Below, piece by piece: positions 44,566 through 55,702 of a DNA stretch of 64,000 bases. How positions within the stretch are numbered: position 1 is the first letter of the stretch; the number at the start of each line of letters is the position of its first letter. Position numbers and translations under genes: made by a program. The notes below the pieces were generated by a model. It made no database searches. It was not told the origin of the DNA and saw nothing but the letters and a program-made list of their open reading frames with translations. This DNA comes from Savitreella phatthalungensis (taxonomy: Eukaryota): NCBI GenBank assembly GCA_051599415.1, contig AP039696.1, forward strand, positions 310,001 to 374,000, given 5' to 3'.

Positions 44566-45228
44566 GATGAACGCTACAACAGCGATTCAGCTTCAGATGA
44601 ATTTCTGGTGATGACAATCGAGCAAACTTGGCAGGATGGATGGGTGTAAGCACGCGTGCTTGTTGACACTGGTGGAAATCTGGGATATGTTGGTGGAGGT
44701 GATCAATTGTGGTGTATCGATCGGAGTTTTGATTTTCTAACGTCTGACGTCGTATCACTCGAGTGATACTATACTCTGGATCCATGGCGCTTGGCTTTCT
44801 ATTGGACTGTTGATGAAATAAGCTAGGTGAATGTTCGAATGCATGATTTTCATTCCAGTATATCTGAATCGTAAAACTTGTCTTTCCCGATAGGCAAGTC
44901 TCGATTGGTGATATCATTACTGTCGGAAGAGCTGAGTACAAGAGAGTCATTACTCTCTTCTTCATCGCACAGTCTGCTTGAGAAGAGTCTTAGGTGGAAA
45001 GACAGAGATTGTTAATACCCAGCACTCGATCGTGCATATCAAGACTTCCATATCGATCCAGATTTGCACATGGTTTGTGATTGCCACCTTTATACAATTG
45101 TAAACTACAAACTCTTTTTACAATCATAAAAGAACGGCATTAAAAATGGTAGAATATTCCAAGATTCGTCATGCGTATATACTGAATGTCTAGCTGTGCA
45201 GTTGGAAAATTTCAAAATCATTCGATCG

Positions 45229-45230
<2 letters not shown>

Positions 45231-45266
<36 letters not shown>

Positions 45267-45311
45267 AATGCAGTGAATGAATGCAGTGAATGAATGCAGT
45301 GAATGAATGCA
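45231..45311. repeat. (TG)17 microsatellite followed by 3.5 copies of AATGCAGTGAATG
   Basis: TG run 45231-45265; 13-mer units at 45267, 45280, 45293 and a partial unit at 45306. Confidence 0.95.
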
Positions 45312-45649
45312 TAAAGCAATTGACTGACACGAGGAACGTGGATATGGCTGAATGCAATGATTCAAACTCTTTTCATCCATGCACTGTAACAACTCCCCAT
45401 CACCTGCACCGGTACCAGCACACGACCAAGGTAGTAAGTAGGAAGAAGTAGAATCACTCACACTCTTCTTACAACTTATCAAGCAGCAAATCAAGTCTAC
45501 TCGACAGATCCATCCCTGCGCTTCAGCTTACGTCAACTCTACTGTTCGACCTTTCCTTTGACGCTCAATCGAACGAAAGCGATTCGAGGCACGTTCATCC
45601 CTGACGAAGCCTTTTTACCTTGACGACCTCTTATTACACGACTATCTAG

Positions 45650-46135
<486 letters not shown>

Positions 46136-46272
46136 TGTCAGACCTCGATAGAACACTCCCACGAGATTCACGATCCTCCTCCGTTCACTGCTCTACCGCT
46201 GCATTGTCAAACCAGGGTGGTTCGGTCAATGCTGCAGTGAATGAATGGCATTCTCACTCCCAATTTACTACA

Positions 46273-47490
46273 CTACAACTCGTCGTGAGCCATGTTGTCG
46301 TGTGTGGCGCCGACCAGTGCTTCCAGCGTGACTTGCGGTTCTCCAGCGTGATCACTCGCCTCATCGTCATCATCATCGATCGCCAATTGTAGCCCCTGCA
46401 TTTGATCTATGTCTGCTGCGCCTGTGACAATTGCCTGTGCTGCTGCGAGCGTCGTGACCACGGCTGTCGTGATGACTGACGCCACCACAGCCTCCATCGG
46501 ATCTGCCTCGCCTGACTCCGTCGTCAGGACATCCACGACGAGATCCTCGATAGCCCCAGTCACGCCAGCTGCGCCGGCATGACTGCCATCTGTCGATACC
46601 TTGCGCTTCACTAGAGCTGACATCTTCCCAGACCCTCTGAACAGGAGACCCACAAGCCAGATAATTGGTTTGAGGCCCCTCCTGATGATTCTGCGATAAA
46701 TAATCCAGGCGACGACGGCTCCGAATAGTCCGAGGGCGAGATATATGTGGAGACGATCTCTGTGATTTGCCTTCTCGAGTTCTCTGACGAGTCTGCGGGA
46801 TCCTGCGAGGATGAGTCCGAGGCCTGAATGGACTTGATCCAGGCCGGCGATATCCCTGGACGACTGTGCGAGCAGATCGCCAGACAGGAGCGACCGCGAC
46901 AGCTCTGCAGACAGCTGAGCATGCGCGCTCGCCAGCTCACGCGTCACCGCAGACGACTTTGACAACAACCCCGACGTCGCAGCAAGTCCACCAGCCGCAC
47001 CTTTCCCACTTTGCTTATCCTTACGCGGACTTCGTTCTCCAGCGTTCCCAAACAATCTTGAGCGCTCGGTCTTCCAGTCAGCTCGCTTTTGTATTTTCTG
47101 AGCGGGTTCAGGTGATGTCTGACTAGCTCTGTCGACACCTGCTTTCTCCGATGTCGTAGTCTGTCTTTGGAGAGGTGGCTGCTGGCTGGTTGCGAGACGG
47201 GCGCGGCCACAGGCTCTGCGAAACGATCTGCGTAGCCCTGCTAGCTCGTCTGCTGTGCGGGTGTGTAGTCGAACAATGTCGTCTATACGGGTATCCGCCT
47301 GGAGCTCTCCGCCGTAGATGTCAAAGTTGTCAAGCGATACTGCCAGGTCATGCAGGTCTTCACGGATCTCTCCAGCCAGCGAATCTCTTCCTTCAACACC
47401 ACCACCACTGTAACCTTGCTCACGACCGAGTCGGGCGATCTTCACACCTGTCGACCTCAAATCACGCTGGATTTCCAGCAGAGATTCCAT
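46273..47490 (-). CDS. SEC20: ER SNARE Sec20
   Basis: Sec20 SNARE motif (SSAVTRELASAHAQLSAELSRS..SRRLVRELEKANHRDR), TM segment, luminal tail ending HDEL. Confidence 0.9.
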   Translation of the reverse strand: MESLLEIQRDLRSTGVKIARLGREQGYSGGGVEGRDSLAGEIREDLHDLAVSLDNFDIYGGELQADTRIDDIVRLHTRTADELAGLRRSFRRACGRARLATSQQPPLQRQTTTSEKAGVDRASQTSPEPAQKIQKRADWKTERSRLFGNAGERSPRKDKQSGKGAAGGLAATSGLLSKSSAVTRELASAHAQLSAELSRSLLSGDLLAQSSRDIAGLDQVHSGLGLILAGSRRLVRELEKANHRDRLHIYLALGLFGAVVAWIIYRRIIRRGLKPIIWLVGLLFRGSGKMSALVKRKVSTDGSHAGAAGVTGAIEDLVVDVLTTESGEADPMEAVVASVITTAVVTTLAAAQAIVTGAADIDQMQGLQLAIDDDDDEASDHAGEPQVTLEALVGATHDNMAHDEL

Positions 47491-47720
47491 GATCGGCCGA
47501 ATGGAGTGTGGTCGAGCGACAATTCTGATCGAGTCGATCCTCTCACACTGCTGCGCGTGTCCACCTTACACTTTTGAATACTGCCGCGACGTCACTATAT
47601 GAGGTTAGAGATTTCCCGATTTGTGAAGTGTGTGAATGCACACTTCACATGCGTTCAAAGACACGGATCCAGAGCCGGGGGATGCAAGCAGCAAGATTAG
47701 CAATGCTTTGCCATACGAGT

Positions 47721-50369
47721 CTACAGATGGCGCTTCTCAAACTTGGTTGCACCAAAGAAGGCCTTTGGCGGGTTGTTTCTAGCTTGTGCCCAGACTTCTT
47801 GGGTACTTTGAAGACCGTCTAGACCGGATCCAGCTTGTAGACCAAGCTGGCGATTCTTCAACTCTCTTTCTGTCGCTCGGCGGCGCTTCTCATCTTGCGC
47901 TTGAAGTTGAGCGGCAAGGGAACCGCCTGCTCCATCGACGGCTATGGCTGCAGAGAGCGATGCGTAGAAACGAGTGACCTTCTCATGCGCCATCACTTTT
48001 CGTGGATCAAATCGCGTGACCTGGAGACCTTCCTGCGAGACAGCACGTGACAGGGCCACGTATGCTTGACCCTTTTCAAATACCTTGCCGAGATCGACGC
48101 GGACACGCTCGATCGTCTGACCTTGAGCCTTGTGGATGGAGATGGCATAGGCGAGGATCAGGGGGACTTGACGTCTGCACGCCTGGACCTCCCCGGTGGG
48201 CGTCTCCGTCTTCCACGATTCGGGAAGCATCATTCGATAAACATCCTGCTTGCCTTCGCCAGCGAATTTGAAGCAGACGACCGGCCAGCACTTGGCTGTC
48301 GCGCGGTGTTGTTGCTGGAGGATTGCGCTCAACTTCTTCCGCTGACCTGACTCGCCCTCGGCAGCGTCAAGCATGTCTTCAGGCCACGGGCAGTCCTTGA
48401 GATTACCTCCAAGATCACAGATCCGTGCAAGCTCTTCATTACCGCCAGACTCCTCAATGAAGGTGAAAGTCTTCTCGTCCATAAATCCTGCGACCACACC
48501 GAGCGAGCCGTTCACAAGCTGCTCGTCCATATTCTTGATCAACATCACCTGCGCACCCTTCTTCAGCTCGAGGACAGGTGGTGCCATACAGTTGGCCAGG
48601 ATCTTGTCTCGCGCCATACTTTCCAATGCACCGCTGTCCTCCGCTGCAAACTTGTAACTTTTGCCCTGCAAGCTTCGCATCCTCGCATTATTCGCACATT
48701 CAACTTCTTGGCGGGTCGGAAAGAGCTCAGTAGCTTCGAGGCCGTCGTTGAAGTCGAGAGGTCTTTCCAGCTTTTTGAAGGCGAGGATAGATTCCTTCGA
48801 CAGTTTGCCCTGACGCATTTCGTTCAGCATGTTGACGAATAGAGGATCCTTCTGACGGAAGACGGACGTCAGAGCCACTGTATGATGGATAGACTCCCAC
48901 TTGGCCGCTTCGAACGCAAACTTAGCGGGTTTACCAGTCTCTGGCACTGGCGGGAGCTGGAAAAAGTCCCCGGTCACCACCAACTGAATACCTCCCCATG
49001 GCTTGTCATTCTTGCGAATCAGACGAGCGACAGCTTCAAGCTTGTCGAAGAAGTCAGCGTCGACCATAGAGATCTCATCGACAATGAGGACGGATGTTTT
49101 GAGCCAACGAGTGACCTGCTTTTTATTGCGCTTGATCTTTTTCACGAGCGTATTGGCATCGTCCTTGCCCAGACCGACACCGGCGAACGAATGCAAGGTG
49201 ATGCCACCAATATTACATGCAGCGAGACCGGTAGATGCGGTCACCGCGACCTTCTCCGGTGCTGCTCGATATTTGATCCTGAGCTCGTGGATGACTTCAC
49301 GTAATAGGACGGATTTGCCCGTACCCGCCGAACCGGTATAGAACACACTTTGGCCTTTTTCCACAATCATGCGAAGCACAGTCTTCTGCTCGACCGACAG
49401 GTGCGTCTTTGGCACCTCTTTCCGCCGGGTCTTGACGACGGCAGTCTGCGCCAGTTGCTGCTCGTGTTGTTGCTTGATCTCATCGAGCGCTTCTGAAGCG
49501 GCGCGTTTCTTGCGCTGCTGATCTTTCACTAGGTTCTTCATTGCTGAGGCGGTAGGATCGTCAAGCAGACCTCCTGCACGGCTGATCTGCGGCGTAGTCT
49601 GCTCAGGCTCAGTGACTATCGAAGCTTCCGTTACCGGCAAGGGCTTGGAGGCAACAGCCGTTCCAAAAGATCGTGCTGCAGCTGAAGTCTTACTGAGCTG
49701 CGGTCCGTATCTGACAGGGTTGACCGCGGGTTTCTCCCAAGGCAGAATTCGCTTCTTCGGAACAGCGGGCACGGGACTCGAAGAGGGCATCGAGGTTGTC
49801 ATGACCCCAGTCTGGTGCGGCTTCCCTGGCATTGAGCCTTTCGAGCCAAGCGGCGAAGGCTGCGACAACCGCGGACGCTTATGATCACTACTTGGGGGCC
49901 ATGATACAGGTTCGTCTGGATCATCAGGTATCCGAATAGGTGTATTTGGCGGCTTCGACACTGCAGCGGCTGATGAATATGATTGCGGTGCAACGGGATC
50001 CATACTAAAGTCGAGATCATCGTCAATGTCATTCTCATCGAAGATGATATCCGCGTCGCCTCCAAAAATCGGTTTTGAAGTGGTGACCTCGGCTGTGGAG
50101 AGAGTGCGAAGCAGGGAGGAGTCGTGTCTTTGTAATGAGGTGCCAGAAGATTTCGTGATCTGCGCTGGAGGCGCGTACTGATCGATGTTTTTGGCAGGCT
50201 TTCTTGGCGAGAGCGGCAGCCTTGTCTGAACGCCTCTGCTATGGCTGCTGCTGTCTGGCGCGTAGCTGGTGCTAGCATAAGGATTTGTCGAAGGCGGCTT
50301 GAAGGGAGCATTGATGCTTGCTCCAGCTGCCTGTGGAGGTAGGGCCATTGCTGCCGCTCTCGAAAACAT
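47721..50369 (-). CDS. PIF1: Pif1/Pfh1-family 5'-3' DNA helicase, 882 aa from first ATG
   Basis: FYTGSAGTGKS, TASTGLAA, TLHSFAG, DEISM, GDFFQLPPV, FRQKD, PLILAYAISIHKAQGQT, GQAYVALSR. Confidence 0.97.
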   Translation of the reverse strand: MFSRAAAMALPPQAAGASINAPFKPPSTNPYASTSYAPDSSSHSRGVQTRLPLSPRKPAKNIDQYAPPAQITKSSGTSLQRHDSSLLRTLSTAEVTTSKPIFGGDADIIFDENDIDDDLDFSMDPVAPQSYSSAAAVSKPPNTPIRIPDDPDEPVSWPPSSDHKRPRLSQPSPLGSKGSMPGKPHQTGVMTTSMPSSSPVPAVPKKRILPWEKPAVNPVRYGPQLSKTSAAARSFGTAVASKPLPVTEASIVTEPEQTTPQISRAGGLLDDPTASAMKNLVKDQQRKKRAASEALDEIKQQHEQQLAQTAVVKTRRKEVPKTHLSVEQKTVLRMIVEKGQSVFYTGSAGTGKSVLLREVIHELRIKYRAAPEKVAVTASTGLAACNIGGITLHSFAGVGLGKDDANTLVKKIKRNKKQVTRWLKTSVLIVDEISMVDADFFDKLEAVARLIRKNDKPWGGIQLVVTGDFFQLPPVPETGKPAKFAFEAAKWESIHHTVALTSVFRQKDPLFVNMLNEMRQGKLSKESILAFKKLERPLDFNDGLEATELFPTRQEVECANNARMRSLQGKSYKFAAEDSGALESMARDKILANCMAPPVLELKKGAQVMLIKNMDEQLVNGSLGVVAGFMDEKTFTFIEESGGNEELARICDLGGNLKDCPWPEDMLDAAEGESGQRKKLSAILQQQHRATAKCWPVVCFKFAGEGKQDVYRMMLPESWKTETPTGEVQACRRQVPLILAYAISIHKAQGQTIERVRVDLGKVFEKGQAYVALSRAVSQEGLQVTRFDPRKVMAHEKVTRFYASLSAAIAVDGAGGSLAAQLQAQDEKRRRATERELKNRQLGLQAGSGLDGLQSTQEVWAQARNNPPKAFFGATKFEKRHL

Positions 50370-50399
50370 CCCTCTCGCTAAACGATGAATGACTGCTGC

Positions 50400-50954
50400 T
50401 CGCGTATCTCTTCTGTCTCGACAGATCTTTGAGAAAAAGCACACTGCAGGATTCGCAGTCAAGTACAAGCTCGCGTAGTCCCAATCTGGAGAACGCGTAG
50501 GGACGCGCGAATCTTTTGGAAACTCTATACGCGTGATCCGTGTAAACAAGTCGGTATGTGCCAGCCACTTGGCAGGTCAGCAGTCGCGTGCCGTTACTGT
50601 CTCTAACTGACTTTTGTCTTGTATCTCGTGCATGCTTTTGTATACAAGTCCTCAAACAGACGTATGCAGCCCACAGTATCTACGATACGTGGACGCGTTG
50701 CAGTAGCTAGACGTATGTATACAGATCATCAAATTCTACATCGAGTCCCTTCCAATTTCAATCTTATAATCAATCAATCGATTAATCAATTGCGATATCG
50801 CTTAATTCAGATTCCCGAGTGAATCCTGATTTGAAATTAATAGGTATTGATGGATGCATAGTTAATCGATCAGTACTTATATATACGTACAGTACGTACG
50901 TGTATTGAATTCATTCAAGGCGTGGATTTTTTATTTCATGGTTTAAAGACGCGT
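50400..50954. promoter_or_regulatory. Dense MCB-like cluster upstream of PIF1
   Basis: ACGCGT at 50493, 50529, 50693, 50949; one-mismatch TCGCGT at 50400, 50471, 50584 and ACGCGC at 50503. Confidence 0.65.
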
Positions 50955-51320
50955 CTGAACGTGACTTGACAGCCATACAAGCTATAATCAATCGATGCAC
51001 GCATGCATGTCGAGTGAATACACTGGTCAGTCTGCTTTGTGCTCGCATACTCGGGTGACAAGTCTCATCGACCGAAGCCTTTGATCAAGATGATGGGTCA
51101 GATGCGTCATCGACCGAGCGCATCGTAGCGTCGGCAAAGAAGCAGACTTGCTCTGGAGTCGTTCGTTGAGCCTTGCTGCCGATTCTCCTGTACGCACCGA
51201 CCACAGAAAGGGTGATGAACGGAGCAATTGTGGGCAACTTAGGGTGGCTGGGTACTGCGCTGCTCTAGTAATTCCTGTCGCTGATTCATAATTTGCCGTA
51301 GGTATGTTGTGTCCCTCCAC

Positions 51321-51753
51321 TCAGTTCTCCTTCCACTGGAAACCACAAGAGGTGCATTTGTAGAAGGTCGTCATCGGTTCATCTGCCGACCGGATCTGGA
51401 GTTGGAAGAAGTACGCCCTGTCCTCACCGTTCGGGCAGCCTTTTGGATTCTGGCACTGGGCTGCTGTGTTATCGACATTGTCCCATGCCTCAGGACCACC
51501 GAGAATATCATCTATCGGCTTTGGCTTTAGCGGCTGTCTCACAAAGCGCTGTCAATGTCAGTCGTCATTCCACTCGAAGGCTTGTTACAGACATACACTC
51601 TCTCTTAGCGGATATATGAAAGGGCATGTTCGGCATTCCAGTCGATTGGTCGCGTGCTCTGATGTCCCTAGGACCAAATGATTCCCGCAGGCTAGAAGGT
51701 CAGCCGAGCTCGCATGTAAATTGGCAATACTCACTGGGACAGAATGAAACCAT
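51321..51753 (-). CDS. RPC11: RNA polymerase III subunit C11, 113 aa (spliced)
   Basis: Exons 51753-51735, 51691-51597, 51548-51321: MVSFCPTCGNHL..LECRTCPF..DDILGG..AWDNVD..QLQIRSADEPMTTFYKC. Confidence 0.96.
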
Positions 51754-52148
51754 GCGTGAGTGTCGCTGACGCTATCGATCTGAAGTCTAGCAGCTGACAC
51801 GCTCTGTTGCTTTCCCCTTGCTCATCTATCAGGTAACAACTCTACATGCATTGCTTTTCAGCTGCTGCGACTGCAAACACTGTATCGTTCAGGCAACATA
51901 CACAGCATCGAGCTCTAGCCATGATCAATTAAGCATTTTGTGGAGACGTCCTATGTATTCAAACTTGGAAATGCATCACATGCACGAGCAGTACGCAATC
52001 GCATAGCGGCTCACATCGATCCTAGTCTTCTGTATGCTGAGTGTTAAAGTCAAGCCCGCGGTCGTTAACGACGTGGCTCGACGCGTGTAGGGCGTCGCGC
52101 CCACCGCCCTTTGCACCGCGACCGCACGAAGGCACCAACCGCGTAGAG

Positions 52149-53495
52149 ATGACACGACCTTTTACTTGCTCGAAGTGCAGACGCACCGTCGTTATCGACA
52201 GCGGGATCCTCGATGCCGGTCCCACAGCACGCGAGATGCTTCGTGGCGCTATCAGAACACCAAGCAAGGTGAGCACGCGCACTAGTCGAGCTTATCCTGC
52301 ATCTCGTGACGCAATGCTCGACAAGGCTTTAGCTGATGCTGATTCACGGGCACCTGAGATGCCAGGTGTTGGTGGTCATCAGCCTGCGGACTCTTTCGTT
52401 CTGGTACCGCAGGATCACAACCAGGCACCAGCATCAGCGAGTCCACGAGATTCTTTATCATCTAAGCTAGAGCTTACAGAAAAGCTGATGGATGTCCTCT
52501 CTCGCGAATCAGGCATTGATCATCCAATCTGCAATGACTGTACTGAGCTGCTCGTCGCCAGTATGAATAAGCAGATGATCGAGCTTGGAAAGGACCGAGA
52601 CGCGCACATCACGTATCTGAGACGTATAAAGGACGAGCTCGGTAGAGGCGGCGAGACTGACCAAGCTGCACTGGACGCCACACTCGCAGATTTGCGCAAG
52701 CAGGAAGACGTGGCAATGGCAGACCTGGTTGCAGCTGAGCAAGAGCATGCTGGTATCCTGGCCGAGATTGCTCAATTGGAGAAAGAGTCTGCTGCACTGG
52801 ACGAAGAAGAGCGAGACTTTTGGCTTGCACGGAATCGCTTTGTCAGTGAGCTCGAAGCATTACAGGCGGAGCGCGATAGCGTTGAATTGCGCTACGAGCA
52901 CGATGCTCGACTGCTCGAGCGTCTTCAGCGCACGGATGTCCTCCACGATACTTTTGCCATCGGGCATGATGGCAACTTCGGCACAATCAACGGTCTTCGT
53001 CTCGGTAGGCTGTCGAACGTCAATGTCGAGTGGGCGGAGATCAACGCGGCGTGGGGTCTCACCTTACTGCTACTACAGACCATGGCTGACAGACTTCAGT
53101 TCGAGTTCGATGGGTATCGCCTCTACCCGTTAGGATCGCACTCGACGATTGAGAGAGTCGAGCGCATCGGGGATGGCGGCAATAGCTCAGTGAAAACGAC
53201 GACTCTCGAGCTGTACGGCAGCACTGAGATGAACCCGATTAAGTACTTCCGCCACAAGTCGTTTGACTCGGCAATGGTGGCGTTTCTCGACTGCCTGCGC
53301 CAGTTAGGAGAGCACGTCGAAAAGCAAGTTGATCCAACTCTGAGGCTGCCCTACAGAATTCAGAAAGACATGATTGCAGATGCCTGCATTCGCACGGCAT
53401 TTAATGGAGAAGAGCAATGGACTCGAGCTCTGAAGTTCTGTTTGACTAATGCCAAGTGGATCTTGGCCGTCCTCGTCAAGCTGCGACAGACGTGA
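52149..53495 (+). CDS. ATG6: Atg6/Vps30/Beclin-1, 448 aa
   Basis: N-terminal CSKC, IDHPICNDC, coiled coil, FGTINGLRLGRL..VEWAEINAAWG, FDSAMVAFLDCL, WTRALKFCLTNAKW. Confidence 0.96.
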   Translation: MTRPFTCSKCRRTVVIDSGILDAGPTAREMLRGAIRTPSKVSTRTSRAYPASRDAMLDKALADADSRAPEMPGVGGHQPADSFVLVPQDHNQAPASASPRDSLSSKLELTEKLMDVLSRESGIDHPICNDCTELLVASMNKQMIELGKDRDAHITYLRRIKDELGRGGETDQAALDATLADLRKQEDVAMADLVAAEQEHAGILAEIAQLEKESAALDEEERDFWLARNRFVSELEALQAERDSVELRYEHDARLLERLQRTDVLHDTFAIGHDGNFGTINGLRLGRLSNVNVEWAEINAAWGLTLLLLQTMADRLQFEFDGYRLYPLGSHSTIERVERIGDGGNSSVKTTTLELYGSTEMNPIKYFRHKSFDSAMVAFLDCLRQLGEHVEKQVDPTLRLPYRIQKDMIADACIRTAFNGEEQWTRALKFCLTNAKWILAVLVKLRQT

Positions 53496-53658
53496 CAAGT
53501 CATCAACATCGATATCTTGCCGAGCAAATCGTGGCGTGGAAATCAGGCGATCTATGTGACAATCTATGAACGATAAGCTACGGTGCCACGATCACGCCAG
53601 CATTCTCCCGCTCAAATCGTGCAGTTGTCTCGTAGTCAAGTGTCACAAAGACACTGCT

Positions 53659-54075
53659 ATGTTTCTGGGCTTCGCAATGATTCTTCTCTTCTCGGTTGCG
53701 TTTGCGAGTATCTGGCAATACTCAACTCTCACCTCGACAGAATACAATATCGGGCGTCTTATCTGCGTGCTTCCAGGAGATCAGCGAAAGAGCTACACAG
53801 GCCGCGAAATCCTCGAACACGAGTGGAACATTCGATCTATCTTGTGGGAAGGGTTCCCGCCTGCCGAAGGTGACAAGCTATTCACGCGAGTCACTTTCGA
53901 TGCGAATGGCGACGCCATCCTCATCGGTGTGCCTGCATTTGGCAGATTTGGCGCTTCTCTGCGGTTCATCTGGACTGAAGGTCGTTGGCGCTATCACGAG
54001 ACGAACGATGCTCGGGAGTGGCATCGATGCGGGTATCGGTCCGGTTCAACGCGAGACAGCAGGTTAATCACATGA
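53659..54075 (+). CDS. Small secreted protein, tandem family member 1 (138 aa)
   Basis: Signal-peptide-like MFLGFAMILLFSVAFA; family motifs TEYN-x5-C, YTG..IL, WEGFP-x3-GDKLFTR, GVP..G, WHRC. An upstream in-frame ATG at 53566 also exists. Confidence 0.8.
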   Translation: MFLGFAMILLFSVAFASIWQYSTLTSTEYNIGRLICVLPGDQRKSYTGREILEHEWNIRSILWEGFPPAEGDKLFTRVTFDANGDAILIGVPAFGRFGASLRFIWTEGRWRYHETNDAREWHRCGYRSGSTRDSRLIT

Positions 54076-54201
54076 GCCTTTGTCTGTTTTGTGAAGGTCG
54101 AATGACCACTTCTCCGGCATACAAGTAGACCAAGTCACGTCTGCTTTCCCACTCCATCGTTCACCCACACCCGCTCAATTTCCATACATTCCTCAAAGAT
54201 C

Positions 54202-54585
54202 ATGATCGTGCTGGCATGGTTGCTTCTGTCAGCATATCCGTCGCCGGCTGTGTCGGAGGCAGCGTATAACGTCCATGCCGATACCTTCTACAATCCCGGC
54301 TATGCGACCTGTTACTTTGCGCCGGGACACGTCATCCGCGCAAGCGGTCACGATATCCTGACCGACAGTTGGGACAAAGCTCGTCCGCCGTGGAAACATT
54401 TCCCGTGGTCAAGCGGCGAACGGCTCTTCTATCGCCACTTTGAGCGCCCGGGACACTATCTCGTTGCCGTCCCCTGGTCAGGAGACTTGCGAGAATCGAT
54501 CCATTTCCACTGGCGCGAAGCTGCGTTCAGAGATCAGACCAACAAGGAAGCTGGCTGGCACGAGTGCGTCGGAACTGAATTGTAG
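54202..54585 (+). CDS. Small secreted protein, tandem family member 2 (127 aa)
   Basis: Hydrophobic N-terminus MIVLAWLLLSA; TFYN-x5-C, SG..IL, WKHFP-x3-GERLFYR, AVP..G, WHEC. Confidence 0.8.
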   Translation: MIVLAWLLLSAYPSPAVSEAAYNVHADTFYNPGYATCYFAPGHVIRASGHDILTDSWDKARPPWKHFPWSSGERLFYRHFERPGHYLVAVPWSGDLRESIHFHWREAAFRDQTNKEAGWHECVGTEL

Positions 54586-54875
54586 TCCAGACCATGTCCA
54601 GCAGAATTGAAATCCTCGTGGTCCGGTAACTCCTCCTTAGAACCAGGTGAACTTCCCAAAGAGCATTCTCGTCTCGTCCCTTTGCAGAACAAGGGTCATG
54701 CCCACGCGAGCCTAGGATCCGATGCTTGTGACTGTCGTTCCGGAGCAATGTGTCTGAACCTCGGGTAAGAGAGACCTGAGTCCAGAAGTCCTGACAAGAA
54801 CATCGCCTGACTGGAGGACTACAAAAGGGGAACCCGGGTAAGGCGTTCGATGGGAGACAATAGATCGTCAGAGTC

Positions 54876-55229
54876 ATGTCCGTTTCCTCTGCTTTCTTGT
54901 TGGTACTAGCGTCACTCTTGCCGATGGGCCTGCCAGCGAATGTCGGCAGTACATCGTACAATGAAGGTGAATTTTCCTGCAACGGGTACACGTTCACCGG
55001 CGAGCGCGTCCTGACGTACGGCTGGGGCTGGGAAATCAAGCACCACCACTGGGCACAATTCCCACACAACAGTGGTGACCGACTGTTTGTCAAGAACATC
55101 GAAGACGATGACGGTGATTTCTACTACGGGATACCATTTGACGGCTACATGGGCGACGACATCCATCTCTACTACTCCGAGGCAAAGTACCATCGCTGGG
55201 GTACAAGCGACTGGGACAGCTGTAGCTGA
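54876..55229 (+). CDS. Small secreted protein, tandem family member 3 (117 aa)
   Basis: MSVSSAFLLVLASLLP; TSYN-x5-C, FTG..VL, WAQFP-x3-GDRLFVK, GIPFDG, WDSC. Confidence 0.82.
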   Translation: MSVSSAFLLVLASLLPMGLPANVGSTSYNEGEFSCNGYTFTGERVLTYGWGWEIKHHHWAQFPHNSGDRLFVKNIEDDDGDFYYGIPFDGYMGDDIHLYYSEAKYHRWGTSDWDSCS

Positions 55230-55702
55230 CCACAGATCACAATGTCATCATCAAATTTACTCTGATCGATACACGTCTTGCTTATATTGTGGTGCTAAGT
55301 GTATCTCATTCTTCGTCGATGCCTCGTAGTGTCTGTGCCTAGTGCTAAAACCTGTCGGTGGCAAAATATGCAAGAAATTGACCCCTGTCAGCACGCAAAA
55401 TGGGAGACACATTTAGCTTAGAAGAGTCAGCCTACTGGTAAATATCTCAGTGGCAAATTCACTGCCACGCAGGAACAATGTAAGCGAGACTTGATCGTCT
55501 GCCCTGAAAATCCTTCCGATGGACTCATGATATTGGCCATTCGCGGGACACCATTTCACGATCAAACGTCGGACACAACACGTTGGCGTTTCTTTTCCGA
55601 AAATCCCGAACCCTCAATCCTGACCTGGTCGTTGCACGCTATAAGAATGAGTGGGAGAATCTTTGAGATCTAGAGCAGCACAAGTCTCGTTGTCGACCAC
55701 AG

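Noticed and set aside
45231..45311. Short repeated units as a CRISPR-like array
   Set aside because: Head-to-tail micro/minisatellite with no spacers; eukaryotic context.
53566..53658. Longer N-terminus for secreted family member 1
   Set aside because: It would bury the signal peptide and start only 70 bp after the ATG6 stop; ATG 53659 matches the paralogue architecture.
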